DNA of 27,216 bases from Antechinus flavipes (taxonomy: Eukaryota): NCBI RefSeq assembly GCF_016432865.1. It is one part of the record NC_067403.1 of this genome. One strand, written 5' to 3'. Position 1 is the first letter of the stretch. Each line of letters opens with the position of its first letter. Under the pieces are notes generated by a model. The model was given only the letters and a program-made list of their open reading frames with translations, had not been told where the DNA came from and made no database searches. Below are positions 1 to 10,910 of the stretch, piece after piece. Made by a program: the position numbers and the translations under genes.

Positions 1-430
1 TCACTCTGCTATAAGAAATGATGGATATGAAGGATTCAGATCAATATGAACTTATCTGAACTAATGAAGAGAAAATAATTAGGATTAAGAAAGCAACATC
101 AGTGTCTACAACGAGATAAACAGAAAGAACAAAAGGGTTAAGGTGTCATTTTAATGACCACTATTGATTGGTCCTAGAAGAAGGTTGGAAAAAACGCACC
201 TCCCTCTTTGTCTTTGCAGAGGTGGAGGACTAGGGATACGTGACGTTGCATTTACTGTTAAAAATCGATATTCTGGTTGGTTTGCTGAATTATTTTTTCC
301 CCTTCTTTAAAAAAAAAAAACATTTGTTATAAAGGATGGCTCATTGGGTAGGGCGAGGGAGCGAGAGATTTGGCAACGCAAGAAATCTACCGATAGGTAA
401 GTAAAAGTATGGGAAATGTTTTTAAAAACA
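1..430 (+). mobile_element. Old marsupial LINE-1 3' end/3'UTR fragment
   Basis: Resembles marsupial L1 3'UTR (ctttgcagaggtggaggactaggg...tttgttataaaggatggctcattggg...). Recognised by eye; boundaries approximate. Confidence 0.55.
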
Positions 431-469
431 AAGAACAGGCTACACTAGACTAACCTTACTTTTTTATTC

Positions 470-720
470 ATATGATTTCTAGCCAATCATGTTTAGCAAA
501 GCATTTGAGAAAGTCTATTGGGCAGAAAATTAAATGAAGTGGGCTGGACAATAATAAAATTGTCAAAACTGGTGGAATAGACACTCTCAAGGTGGCTCGA
601 TGTTAACTTGGAAAGAAGTCTACAGAGGGGCGTCTTGGAGATCTTTATGGCTTGGAAAAAAGCATCAACTTATCAAATTTCAGATGTCTTGGCCTAGATT
701 TGGAGGGGGAAATTCAATCA
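470..720 (+). mobile_element. L3/CR1 LINE fragment (RT region)
   Basis: Degenerate match to CR1/L3 (aaatgaagtgggctggac...ttaacttggaaagaagtctac...cttatcaaatttcagatg). Confidence 0.55.
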
Positions 721-1174
721 TCTTATGAATAAGGTCAATGGATTATTAAATTAAAAAGGATGGGCATTTGGCCGTCTCTTTTAGATCAAAGACAAACACT
801 TCATTAAGGGTTTTTGATGAAGTAGATTTTTTTCTTTTCTTAGGGATCATGCTTTGAGCCCAAATCGCTCTGGCTCTCATCGATTGCCCCGCAATAGGTC
901 CCAGGCCAAGCCCCACTTGGTCATTGTGCAGGCTCTCACTTATTGTTTCTGTTTTCACTAGAGCATCTTCTCTCCCAGATTGATTTTTTTTTGAGTATAA
1001 AAGACACCATCCTCTGCCTCATTTCTTTTTTTTAAGGAAACATTTTTATTTTCAAATAAAACCGCTCCAGAATCTTTGCCAGGAAAACCACAAGTGGGAT
1101 CACAAAGAAAAAGAAAAAAAAATGAAGAAAAACAACAGAAAACAGAAACCAAAAGTCTTGGCAGCCAAAGCCGT

Positions 1175-1430
1175 GCAAATGTGAAGTTTGTTAGGGATAA
1201 ATGTAAAGTCTCTGACTCGGGTCCAAAAAATCAGCTGCACAGATAGAAGAGGGGAGCACAAGTTCCATAGTAAAGTGTCCATGAGAAACACCCGGGGATT
1301 TTGTGGATTGTAAAGTCACTCTCAGGAGTTAGGACTGTGGCCACTGGCAAAGGCTCAGGGATTGTAGATCGCATCAAAAGGCGGAGGATGTTGGACCGGG
1401 AGAATAACTATCCCTGTATTTAGAAGCGTT
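1175..1430 (+). mobile_element. L3/CR1 LINE fragment
   Basis: gataaatgtaaagtctctgactcgggtccaaaaaatcagctgcacag resembles the L3 consensus and continues the 470-720 fragment. Confidence 0.6.
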
Positions 1431-1990
1431 TCTTAATGTCCACTGTCCCAGAACAATGCTGGGCCCTGGGGACAGAAAAGGTAAAAGGGAGTAGCTGCCA
1501 TCTTGGTGAGTGATGGGTCTAGTCGGCAGAGACAACAATGACAGGTACAGAAAGAGGCAGAAACAAATACAAAAGGTGGAGTGTGATGGGGGGGAACCCC
1601 GGAAGCCTCTGCTTTGGGAGAAGGCTCCATCTCCTCTCATTTTGGGGAGGGGCCTGGGCTCCCCAACTTTTATGCCCCCTGAGACTCCTTCACTGTGGGT
1701 TCCTTCCTTGCCTGGTTTGATGAGGTGCCAGAGGGCGAGAGCTGGAGTCGTCCCCCAATGCCTTGACCAAGTTCCCAGTTCCCTCCGGGGCTCAGCTGCT
1801 TGGCAGCATAAAGTGGGACTCAGGCAGCCTCCGTGGGCCTCTTGGGGCCCAAAGGGGACACATCCCTAAACCGAGGGGACTGGCATTGGATTGGGCATCA
1901 CAAAGGTCCCTCCCCCCTCCGCCTTCGGGAATTCTACATGTGTCCTGTTCTCCCCTAGCCCGGACATCCTAAGCTCCGCGTCCGGGGCGC

Positions 1991-2148
1991 CTCCTTGCCC
2001 TGACATTCCACATTCTGGGTTCTAGGCCCTGAGGTTCCAGGCTCCAGGTCCCTCCTTGCCCTGAGGTTCCACATCTCTCCTTGCCCTGACATTCCAGTTC
2101 TGGGTTCTAAGCCCTGAGGTTCCAGGCTCCGCGTCCCAGGTCCCTCCC
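1991..2148. repeat. Local mosaic duplication of a ~55 bp unit
   Basis: ctccttgccctgacattcca...ctgggttcta(g/a)gccctgaggttccaggctcc at 1991-2045 and 2077-2130; a partial copy starts at 2052. Confidence 0.85.
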
Positions 2149-2720
2149 AGCGCTCGCGCCGCCCGCCTCCCCCCTTTCTCTGCGGCGCTGGCGGCCCGGC
2201 GCTCCCCCCTCCCCGATCCCGGCGGGCGGGGGAGGGGTCCCAGTGACGTCACGCTCCTCCCCGCTCTCTCCCCCTCCCGCGGGCTCGCGACGCTTCTTGC
2301 CTATTTTGGAAGCGGAGCCGCAGCCGCGCCGCCGAGCGCGCGCCGAGCCGCCTTTTAAAGGCAACGGGCCTCGCGGCTCCCCCGCCCTCGCTGGCGCCGG
2401 GCCTCGGCCGTGCCAGGCGAGGGGAGAGGAGCTGGGGAGCCGGGCGTCCTCCCGCGGGAGGCCAGCGCCCCGGCCCCGCGCCGCCCCCTCCCCTCCCTCA
2501 CGGGCGCCCCAGCTTCTCGCTCCCGAGGCTCCTGAGGCACGCGGAGACCCTCAGTGCGCTTGGAGATCCCTCGGGGACGAACCAAAGCGCGCCAGCAGGT
2601 GAGGAGAGAACGCCGCCCGGTGCCTCACGCCCTTTGGCGCCCCTGCAAGCCCCATCCCGACCCCCCCCCGACCCCCGCCGCTCTAGCGCAGCCTAGAACC
2701 CGTGACCTTTTCTAGAGCCC
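2130..2720. promoter_or_regulatory. Orphan CpG island with CRE, CArG and GC boxes
   Basis: Very CpG-dense. GTGACGTCAC at 2243-2252, CCTATTTTGG at 2300-2309, GGGCGG boxes, and donor-like CAG|GTGAGG at 2598/2599. Confidence 0.75.
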
Positions 2721-3355
2721 GTCTCAGGTGACTTTCTGGAGCTTCAGGGGCTCGTATACTCAGAGCTAGAAGGGACTTCGGGGACCCTCAGAGCAGCCCC
2801 CCATCTGACCCCCGAGAAGGAAAGGCCGGGGCTGCGGGCTCTGTCACGGCCCGGAATTCTGCCCCAGGATGCCTTGGAGCCAGGGTTCCAGCGACATTTC
2901 CCCTCAGGGAGTCTCAGTTTCCCTTCCTAAAAAGACCCACATCACAGGGCTAGGAGGGAAGGTGCCCTTCGGCCCTTAACTGAACCGCTCCACCCTCAGG
3001 CCGTTAATGTTGTTCCCAGTTTTCTCCCCACTGATCTCTCCCCGGGGTGAGACGCCACCCATTGGCTAGCACTGCTCTCCAGGGTGCCTCGGAACCCCAC
3101 CAGCCCCGAAAAGAGCATTATGCAAATTACTGCAGATTCCTCCATTTTACAGGGAGATAAACTGATTCCCAGATAAGGCATGTGACTTGCGTCAGGGAGT
3201 AAGAGGGAAGGCCAGGCCCAGAAGCCAGATCTCCCAGTTCCCATTGGAGGGCTCCTTCTGCTGCCCTCGGCCTTTAGAGCAAGATTCTGGGGTCCCGGAG
3301 CTTGCTTCTTGAAACTTTTGATCATTGTATTGCAGCATAATTTGTGTCCTTCCAG

Positions 3356-3510
3356 TTTTGTTTTGTTTTGTTTGGCTGAGGCAGTTGGGGTTAAGTGACT
3401 TGCCCAGGGTCACAGAGCCAGGAAGTGTGAAGTGTCTGAGAACAGATTTGAACTCAGGCCCTCCTCACTTCAGGACTGGTGCTCTCACCACTGGGCCACC
3501 CAGCTGCCCC
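3356..3510 (-). mobile_element. WSINE1-like tRNA-derived CORE-SINE
   Basis: Reverse strand reads ggggcagctgggtggcccagtggtgagagcacc...gagttcaaatc...gtgaccctgggcaagtcacttaacccc, then an (AAAAC)n tail. Confidence 0.85.
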
Positions 3511-3559
3511 GGTCCATTTGTTTTTATAGCTAGCTCTCGTATGATGCTCTAAGACAGGC

Positions 3560-3725
3560 AACGTGCTTTACCAACATTATCTCCCCAAAGTACCCAGCGC
3601 GGTAGGTGCTGGTATCGTCCCCATTTTACAGATGAGGAAACCCAAGGTCACACAGCCAGCAAATGTCTGCGCCTGGATCTGACTTTAGGTCAGAACTCTA
3701 TTCACTGCCCCAGCCAGTTGCCTAG
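3560..3725 (-). mobile_element. MIR/MAR1 CORE-SINE fragment
   Basis: CORE motif ccccattttacagatgaggaaac...ggtcacacagc. Confidence 0.7.
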
Positions 3726-4234
3726 GATTAAAATGCAAATTTTGTCCCTTAAGAAAAATAAAATAAATCGACTTAAATGTGATGCCTTTAAAACAGTATC
3801 CTGAGAAGGAATTAATAGGTTGCCCCAGACTCAGTGTCCAAGCAGTTCAGTTTGCAGAAAAGGTCGAGGCCTCCTGACATAGAGAGAAACAAGTGGAGCT
3901 GGAGCTCTCTGGAGGGAAAAGGGAAAAGCAGAACGGCCTCTAAGCCTCTTTAGTGATTGCTACGGCCTCTGCTTTCCTGTAGTCTTCCCTTCCCTAAAAG
4001 GCTCTGCTCAGTCTCATCTTCTCTGGACACTTCCCATGATCCTCTCCTTCTTGGATTTTCCCAGAACAACCTGCTGGATCTTCCCCACTTCCTGTCTGTT
4101 AGCCCCTAATCCACACGATCCCAGAATCCTAGAGCAGAAAGGAACTGTCGTTGCTTCAAAAATCTGCCTTGTACCTGAAGGGCAAACATCTGTGTGGAGC
4201 ATCACTTCCCAAAATCTAGCCTTGTTTCAAGCAG

Positions 4235-4400
4235 GGGTGGGAGCCCTGGCCCAGAGGTCAGAGGGTGTGGGTTCAAATCTCTACACCCCCCCTCCCCCAT
4301 CTTATAAACAGTTGGAACTCTGGACCTCAGTGTCTTCATTTGTGAAAATCAGGAGGTTCATCTAAATGGCCTGGCAGGGCCCCTGGTGCTCTAGATCTGT
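4235..4400 (+). mobile_element. MIR3-like SINE
   Basis: B-box gggttcaaatc, core ctcagtgtcttcatttgtgaaaat, MIR3-like tail. Confidence 0.55.
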
Positions 4401-4676
4401 GTGTCCCTCACTTCCCCCTCCCCCCAGTTTCCTGAGCCCAGATACTGTCATTCTGGGGCTTTTGTCCCCCTGTGGGGCAGGGTCTGCACACGGTGGGTAC
4501 TAACATTGAACTCAAGCCACGGCAGCCCAAGTTTGTCTTGTATATTCTGTCCAGAGAGGTGATGGGCCTTTGCTGAATTAGGACCTGGGGAAGAAGAGGG
4601 CAGTGGGTGTGGTTTTGCCTTCAGGAGCAGGGGATGGTGGACTCATTCATCTGGGAGGTGAGAAAGGCCAGGACGC

Positions 4677-4717
4677 GGAGCCACGGAGCCACGGAGCCAC
4701 GGACCACGTTCCACGGA
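4677..4717. repeat. 8-bp tandem repeat (GGAGCCAC)x3 plus two degenerate units
   Basis: ggagccac ggagccac ggagccac ggaccac gttccac gga. Confidence 0.9.
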
Positions 4718-5756
4718 CTGGCCGGAAAGTGCCGTCTCTGGAGTCGTTCTAGCCAGCCTTTAGCTCGGGGCTTTGCTCCGCGCCCTTTCCATCCATCCTC
4801 CCCTAGGCAGCAGTGCTCAGGCCCTGGGTCAAAGAAGGGCAGTGTCCCACAGCGCCCTCGAAGCTGCCATCACCGTCACGGCCCTCTGGAGCCCCCTCGT
4901 TACCCCAGGACGTCCGAGGAGACTAGGCCTGGGCCACACTCTCAAGCTGGACCCCAGGGATCACGAATCACGGCGGAGTGTCTGTAGCGGTCCAAAGGTT
5001 TCCCAAGCGTTTGCTTCCCAGCGGCCCTGGAAAGTAGGGAATCCATTGGGTGGTCACTGAAGCACTGAGAGGGGAAAGGAAGGAAAGAAGAAAGCAGCTT
5101 TCCATCCCTCCCCTTCCTGCCCTGGCTCTTGTTTGCTTCAAACAAACAGGAAGTCAGGTAGATGGCAGCGAGCTGCTGCTTCCCTACGCTGTAGAGAAGA
5201 AGAAATATGTTCAGGGGACGCCCAAAGCTCAGAAGGAGCCTCGGCGGCTACAGGCCCAACCTTATTATCTCCGCTGTCCTCCCACGGTCTGTCCCTTGTC
5301 GGAGCCCACCCTTGCCCGGGCAGCTCCCTCAGCTTCGGACAGGTCTTGGGGTTGAAGAGAAAAAAGCCCCTGAGTCCGGGCCATCCCGGGATGGCGCCAT
5401 TTTGGATTCAGCCCCAGGCCGGCACCTGCACAGGGGGGTGTTGGACTCTCATCACAAACAAAGGGGATCTGGGCCTGGCTGTGGTGGGGGAAGAGAGAGA
5501 AAGGAGCCAGTCAAAGGAAGGGCTGTGACTTAAACATATCCATTCGGGCAATTTTCCGTGAGCCAGTTGCTCGGTGGTTACCAACTCTGAGAAATATGAA
5601 GTTGAATCACCGCAGTTCGTAATTTTTTACCCAGAAATCTTGCTTGCTGGGCATCTAGCCCAGGTCTAGGACCGAGAAGCCCCATTTATGCACAGATATT
5701 CACCTCGCCATTTTTTTTGTTAATCAACAAGCATTTATGAAGCATATTTCTGGACA

Positions 5757-5970
5757 ATAATAACTAGAATTGCTATGGCGCGTTAGTGTTTACAAATCGC
5801 TTTAGTTACAAGATTAGCTCGTTTCATCCTCCATGTTGGGGGTGGGCGCCATTGTTACTCCGATTTTTACAAACGAGGAAACCGAGGGAGATAGGAGTGG
5901 AGTGCCTTGCTCAGGATCACACGGCTCCTAAGTTTCTGAGGTCAGATTTGAATTCAGGTCCCCCTGACTT
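5757..5970 (-). mobile_element. MIR/MAR1 CORE-SINE
   Basis: tttacaaacgaggaaaccgagg...gccttgctcaggatcacac...gatttgaattcaggtc. Confidence 0.7.
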
Positions 5971-6220
5971 GGGGGCAGTTAGATGGATGGCACATTGGAT
6001 ACAGTGCCAATGTGTCCAAACACACAACCTCAGAGTCCACTGCAGTCTCAGACCTTTCTAACTGTGTGACCCTGGACAAGTCATTTAATCCTTGTGCCTC
6101 AGTTTCCTCATCTGTCAAATGAGCTGGAGAAGGGAATGGTCAATCACCCCAGTATCTTTACAAAGAAAACCCCAACGGGGTCATGAAAAGTTGGCCATCG
6201 CTGAAATGAACAAGAACAAT
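5971..6220 (+). mobile_element. MAR1 SINE (CORE plus BovB/RTE-like tail)
   Basis: ctgtgtgaccctggacaagtcattt...cctcagtttcctcatctgtcaaatgagctggagaagggaatgg...ccagtatctttacaaagaaaacccc. Confidence 0.8.
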
Positions 6221-6390
6221 ATGGGTCTCCAGGACAGATTTTTTACTGTCAGATTTAGGATCATAGATTTAGGTCTAGAAAGGACATAGAATAGGACATC
6301 TAGTCCAGGCCCTTCGTTTTACAGTTAAGGAAACTAAGATCTTTACAGATTTCTCTTCTAAGCATCTGCTAGATCCTCCCTGCCCCAATT

Positions 6391-6412
6391 TACATAGACA
6401 TACACATATATG

Positions 6413-6446
<34 letters not shown>

Positions 6447-6450
6447 TGTA
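6391..6450. repeat. (TA)n/(CA)n microsatellite
   Basis: Seen directly in the sequence. Confidence 0.95.
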
Positions 6451-6469
6451 AATTATATGTATCCATGTT

Positions 6470-6562
6470 TCCCTTGATAGAATGTAAGCTCTTTGTGGGC
6501 GTTCAAGAACAGTTATTTTGTCCAGTAGTTTGTGACACATAGTAGGTGCTTTGTAAATGTTT
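6470..6562 (+). mobile_element. L2 LINE 3' end
   Basis: agaatgtaagctcttt...acatagtaggtgctttgtaaatgttt. Confidence 0.7.
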
Positions 6563-7164
6563 CTAAATTAAGCAACTTTCCCAAGACCACATAGGTAGTA
6601 AGTGACCGAGCTGGGATTTCCAACCCAGCTCGCCTTCCCAGTGCCCCTCCCTGGAGCAGCTGGTTTTGTTCTTTGGTATGCTAGGGCTCCGTGGGGTTGG
6701 GCTCCTCAGGAAATGATGCTGTAAAAAGTCAACAGAACCAACAGGAGGTTTATATTAAACATGCTCCTCGTACCCACATGGTCTAGGTCTAGTCTTGAAC
6801 ATCTCCGATCCCCCCAAGGCCTTGCTGGGAAACGTTCCAGGGAAGGGGACCGTTCTCGAGAATTTCAGCAAAAGTCACCGTCCCAGAAAACCCTGGGGTT
6901 GAGGCGACGGGCGGCTGGCCTTTGAAATGGGCTGAAATAGTTATAGGACCACAACGATCGGGACAAGAGCGCCTTCACACCCAGCCCACAGAGGGAAAGC
7001 GATCTCGTTTTAATTCAGATCTCCAGGATCCAGACATGGTGCCGGTCCTCGGAGATCAGAGAGTCCCAGAGGACCCTCAAGGAGGGCGTGCCCAGGTAAA
7101 GTGGGAATAGGATCATTCCAAGAGACAAAGCTCAGTCAGGTCTTTGTTCCTGTCTCGCACAAGA

Positions 7165-7310
7165 CCCATGTTTGAATCCCGACTCTGCACTTTCTACCCG
7201 TGTGATCTTGGGCAAGTCCCTCTGTTGCTCTCAGTTTCCCCCTGTGTAAAATGAGCAGGGTTGGGCCAGAAGGCCTCTGAAGCCTCTTCTGGTTCTCCAT
7301 TTCTGATGCT
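7165..7310 (+). mobile_element. MIR3-like SINE
   Basis: tttgaatcccgactctg...tgtgatcttgggcaagtc...ctcagtttccccctgtgtaaaatga. Confidence 0.7.
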
Positions 7311-8037
7311 TTCCTCCTGAGCACACACAGAAATAGCTAGAATTCCTAACTTGGCAGATCAGAGAGAGGTTCGAACATGGGAGCCACGTGAACTCTGGGG
7401 GAAGACTTGTTTCAGCTGACAGGGGTTCGGGACGTTTCTTGGAGGAGGTGGACTGGAAAGATCGGGTAGGACTTTGACAGGTGAAGAGGGGGAGGAAAGA
7501 CATGGGAAGAGCGTGAGCAAGGGCGCGGAGGCGGGATTACACGATCCTATTTAAAGACTGGAGACATCCCGGCTTTCCTAGGAAACTCAGCCCAGTGTTT
7601 ACTGCCTTTGCAGTCTGGAGGGGGTTCCTTCCACAAACCCAATCCCTCCTCCACAAATCTCAGTCTGTGTCCTCTCCTGCCATCTAAGGTAGGGATGGAA
7701 GACTGGCCGTCATCACCGGTGGAGCTGCTTCTACAGCGAGCCCTTAAAAGTAGTTTAAAAGTGGTAAAGCTAGTACCGTCAGCCCCCGGCCAGCTAGGAA
7801 ACTGAGGCCCAGAGGTGGAGGAGCGGCTTGCTGGTCAGTGTTGCCAGCAGGATTCTCCTCTCCTCTCCTCGGTCCAGTTTCAGAACCATCATCCTGCCCT
7901 CTCTCTGGTCTCCAGGCTTCTGGACAAGCTTTTCCCTCTGTGTGGGATTCACTTCCCCCCCACGTCCCCCCGGCGTTGCCTGATCGCCTTCCCCCTCCCA
8001 GGGTTATTTGGTTCATGTTGTGTGTGTATTTACCTCA

Positions 8038-8128
8038 GTAGAATGTAAGCTCCTTGAGGGCAGGAATCGCTGCTGGTCTCAGCTTTATGTCCCCAATGCC
8101 CAGATGGTTGAATAAATGAATGAATGAG
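8038..8128 (+). mobile_element. L2 LINE 3' end
   Basis: gaatgtaagctccttgagggcagg...ttgaataaatgaatgaatga. Confidence 0.75.
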
Positions 8129-8961
8129 CAGATGGCCCACTTTTAATGCTTTTCATTTCCCCCCAGAATGACTGCTGCTTGAGCCCTGTGGCTGTCTCCT
8201 TGGCTCGTGTGGCCTGCTATGGGTTCTCCTGATCTTGTTTCCTGCCATCCTCGAGTCCCGGTAACTGTTTCTCAGTCTAGGTTTGGGGTCAGAGGTCTCC
8301 CTCTGGGAAAGGGCATGCTATAGAGAGCCCATTTCTCCGACATCACGGGAAGCCCGGCCTCCAAGGCCGCCCACCCACCCCAGGCTCAGAATCAACTCCA
8401 GGCCATCCTCAAAGCCCAAGAAGGGAATCAATAAAATAAGGAATCCAGACCTAGTCTCTGATGGACCAAGAGGGACAAAATCTCAGCGCCCATCTGTTCG
8501 CGATTGCCCCCCAAACCCTCCTCTAAGTTAATGTGGCTACCTGACTGTTGCTTGGAACCCTCCAATGGTCAGGCTTTCTCTCTCCTTCCTTCCTCGCCTT
8601 CTGAGCCAGTTCATTGTATTTTAGAACAGTTTGGATTAGTAGGAAGGTTTTCCAGAATCCAATCTCAGTCTGGTTGCCTGCAAGCTCCCCATTTCTCCTT
8701 ATTCTGCTCTCTGGGGCCTAGCAGAACAAGTCTGATCTCTTTTGTATGATGCTCGTGGCCACAACCCCACCAGCCAGATCCCCTCCTTCCCCCGCTGTAT
8801 AAACATGTCCGATCCTCGTGATGACTGGAGACCAGCCACGTCACGTTCCTCTTTACCTGCAGCTTTTCATTGTCTTTTCTAAAACGTGAGTCTCACTGGA
8901 CCCAGGACCGCATGGCCTGACAACAGGGCCATCTCCTCTATGATGCACTTCTAAAATCTGA

Positions 8962-9165
8962 TTTTTTTGGACATCCTTTGTTTTTCCGTTGCCTTCATCT
9001 CCGAATATACACCTTCCTGTCTCCTTTATGCAATAATAGCCATGCCTTGTAATAAAGATTTCAAAAGAAAAAGGAAACAAAAACAACTCAGCCGAAATAA
9101 TTCCCATATTGACTGCCTTACAGTAGATGCAATATTCCAACCCACCCCTTTCCGCCCCTTCCTGT
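8962..9165 (-). mobile_element. Old marsupial LINE-1 3' end
   Basis: Reverse complement of the same L1 3'UTR type as 1-430 (agccatgccttgtaataaaga...gatgcaatattcca). Confidence 0.55.
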
Positions 9166-10059
9166 GCCTCCCACTGCAGCCTCAGTTCTTGGGGAAAGAA
9201 GGGACTTGCAGCTCAAACCTAATTCCTTATGATTTACTTGGCTCCTCACTTCTCCAGGAAGCCTCCTCTGAAGATCTCATCGACTGCCTTTCTTTGCTCT
9301 CCTTTAGTTCCATGCACTCTGACCCTTAGAAACACACCTATTCTCAGTCTTGCCTCTTCCAACCTCCAGGCTTCCTACGGGCATAGCTATTGCTGACACT
9401 TCTGCCTCACTAGGCCCAGGAGGATTATTTGGACTCATTCTTGCCCCCCTATTTGGGTGGGAAGGCTGTCCAGTCAGACTTCTCTGTGTGACTTGTATCT
9501 GGTGGGGGTGATGGGAAAAACATGGCGTCTGAAGTCCGAGAACCTGATTTACCCGTCCATTTCTCACCTGAAAACTGTGGGGTGAGACTTCATTGCAGCT
9601 TTCAGCCCATTTCTCAGACCTAGAAAGTCCTTTCTCTGCCCCAATCCACTGACTGCCTCTTCCTCCTTTGGAATTTAGCCCCTAGCTCGCCTCCAAGCCT
9701 TGCCCGGTCAACGGCCAGCCAAGTCTTCATCTGTAGGTGTTTGAAGTCAGTGGAGGAAGTGCTTGTGTGTTTGTTAACCCATTTTGTGAGCCCGTCTTCT
9801 CCCCCCAGTTAAACTATAAGCTCACTGAGGGCAGAAAGCCTCCCATTCTGCATTTCCGCTTTTCCAGAACAGCCATCTGGCTCTGTCCACAGCAGGCGTT
9901 ATCTGTCTGACCCTGTCCTCTTGAGGAAATTTGTTTTCTCATCTAAAAATCAACCCCAAATCCCCAAGTCATGGACCAGAAGATAACAAGTCCAAATCTC
10001 CCTCCCTCCAGAGGGGTGGACCAGGGTATGGTGGCTGTTCATTGGCCGAGCCTGTGCAT

Positions 10060-10073
10060 GTTGCCATGGAAAC
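10060..10073. promoter_or_regulatory. RFX X-box
   Basis: GTTGCCATGGAAAC, a 14-bp consensus match. Confidence 0.65.
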
Positions 10074-10439
10074 AGGAGGCGGAGAAACCCTCCTGCAGAG
10101 AGATGCTGCTGAGCATCTCCCTGCGCCTCGGAAGGCCCTGGCCTGTATACGGTTTGTGAGGGGAGCACTGCATGAGAAGTAGAGGAGAGAAAGTTGCCAC
10201 CTCTGTTTATCTGTCCTTCCCATGCTGCAGCTTTCAGAGAGGTCTTGAGATGCTGGGGGAAGAAATGTCTCTTCCTCACCCCGCCCTCAACCAGAGCAAG
10301 GAAGCTGAGAGAAGGTATGGCCTGGCAACAGCCAAAGCATCGGCTGACAGACAGTGCCCTTCTATTTGTGAGGAAGAGGAAACGATGGGAGAAATCCCCA
10401 TGTGATGAATTATACACAACTTTCCCACGGGAAAAGTCC

Positions 10440-10910
10440 TTAGAACCTAAAACATAAAATGCCAGAATGGAAGGGACGTTACAAGACATAATGTAAAGTG
10501 GGAGAGCTGGGAAGGACCTCAAAACACAGACCCTAAGAACGTTTTGTGTAGACTTTCAGACTTAGGAGGTGCCTTAGAACATAGAGCATAAGATGCTATG
10601 GTGGGAACACCCAATACAGAATGCTACAGAGCCGGGAGAACGGACCCTGACAGAGCTGGAAGGGTCTTTATACCATAGAAGAGCAGAGCTTGAAGGAGCC
10701 TTGAAGGACAAAGTATGAGGCACTCTAGAATAAATACCATAGAGCTGAAGGGATCTTAGAAATGATGTAGCCCGACACCCTTCATTTACAGAGCAGGAAA
10801 CTGAAGACCCCGAGAGCCATAGCGCCTTCTTAAGGTACCCTGGTGAGTTTGTGGCTGGTAGGACCAAAATCCAGGTCTCCAGGACATTGCTCTTTCCATT
10901 AGTCTACAAT
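10440..10910 (-). mobile_element. MIR3/L3-tail-like element with about 5 degenerate tail-motif copies
   Basis: Repeated agagctggaagggaccttaga-like units, then core catttacagagcaggaaactga. Confidence 0.55.

Noticed and set aside
1494-1511. YY1 motif (minus-strand CAAGATGGCAGC) overlapping a strong donor TTG|GTGAGT
   Set aside because: Isolated, with no matching acceptor, coding signal or CpG context.
1-2700. SLC29A2 exons expected from recalled human synteny
   Set aside because: No ENT2-like peptide (e.g. LGLGTLLPWNFF) in any frame. The RDSY in ORF 1374-1640 lies within an L3 fragment.
5050-5533. Overlapping 100-130 aa ORFs, e.g. ELLLPYAVEKKKYVQG
   Set aside because: No recognisable domain or splice pattern; non-ATG starts; such lengths are expected by chance.
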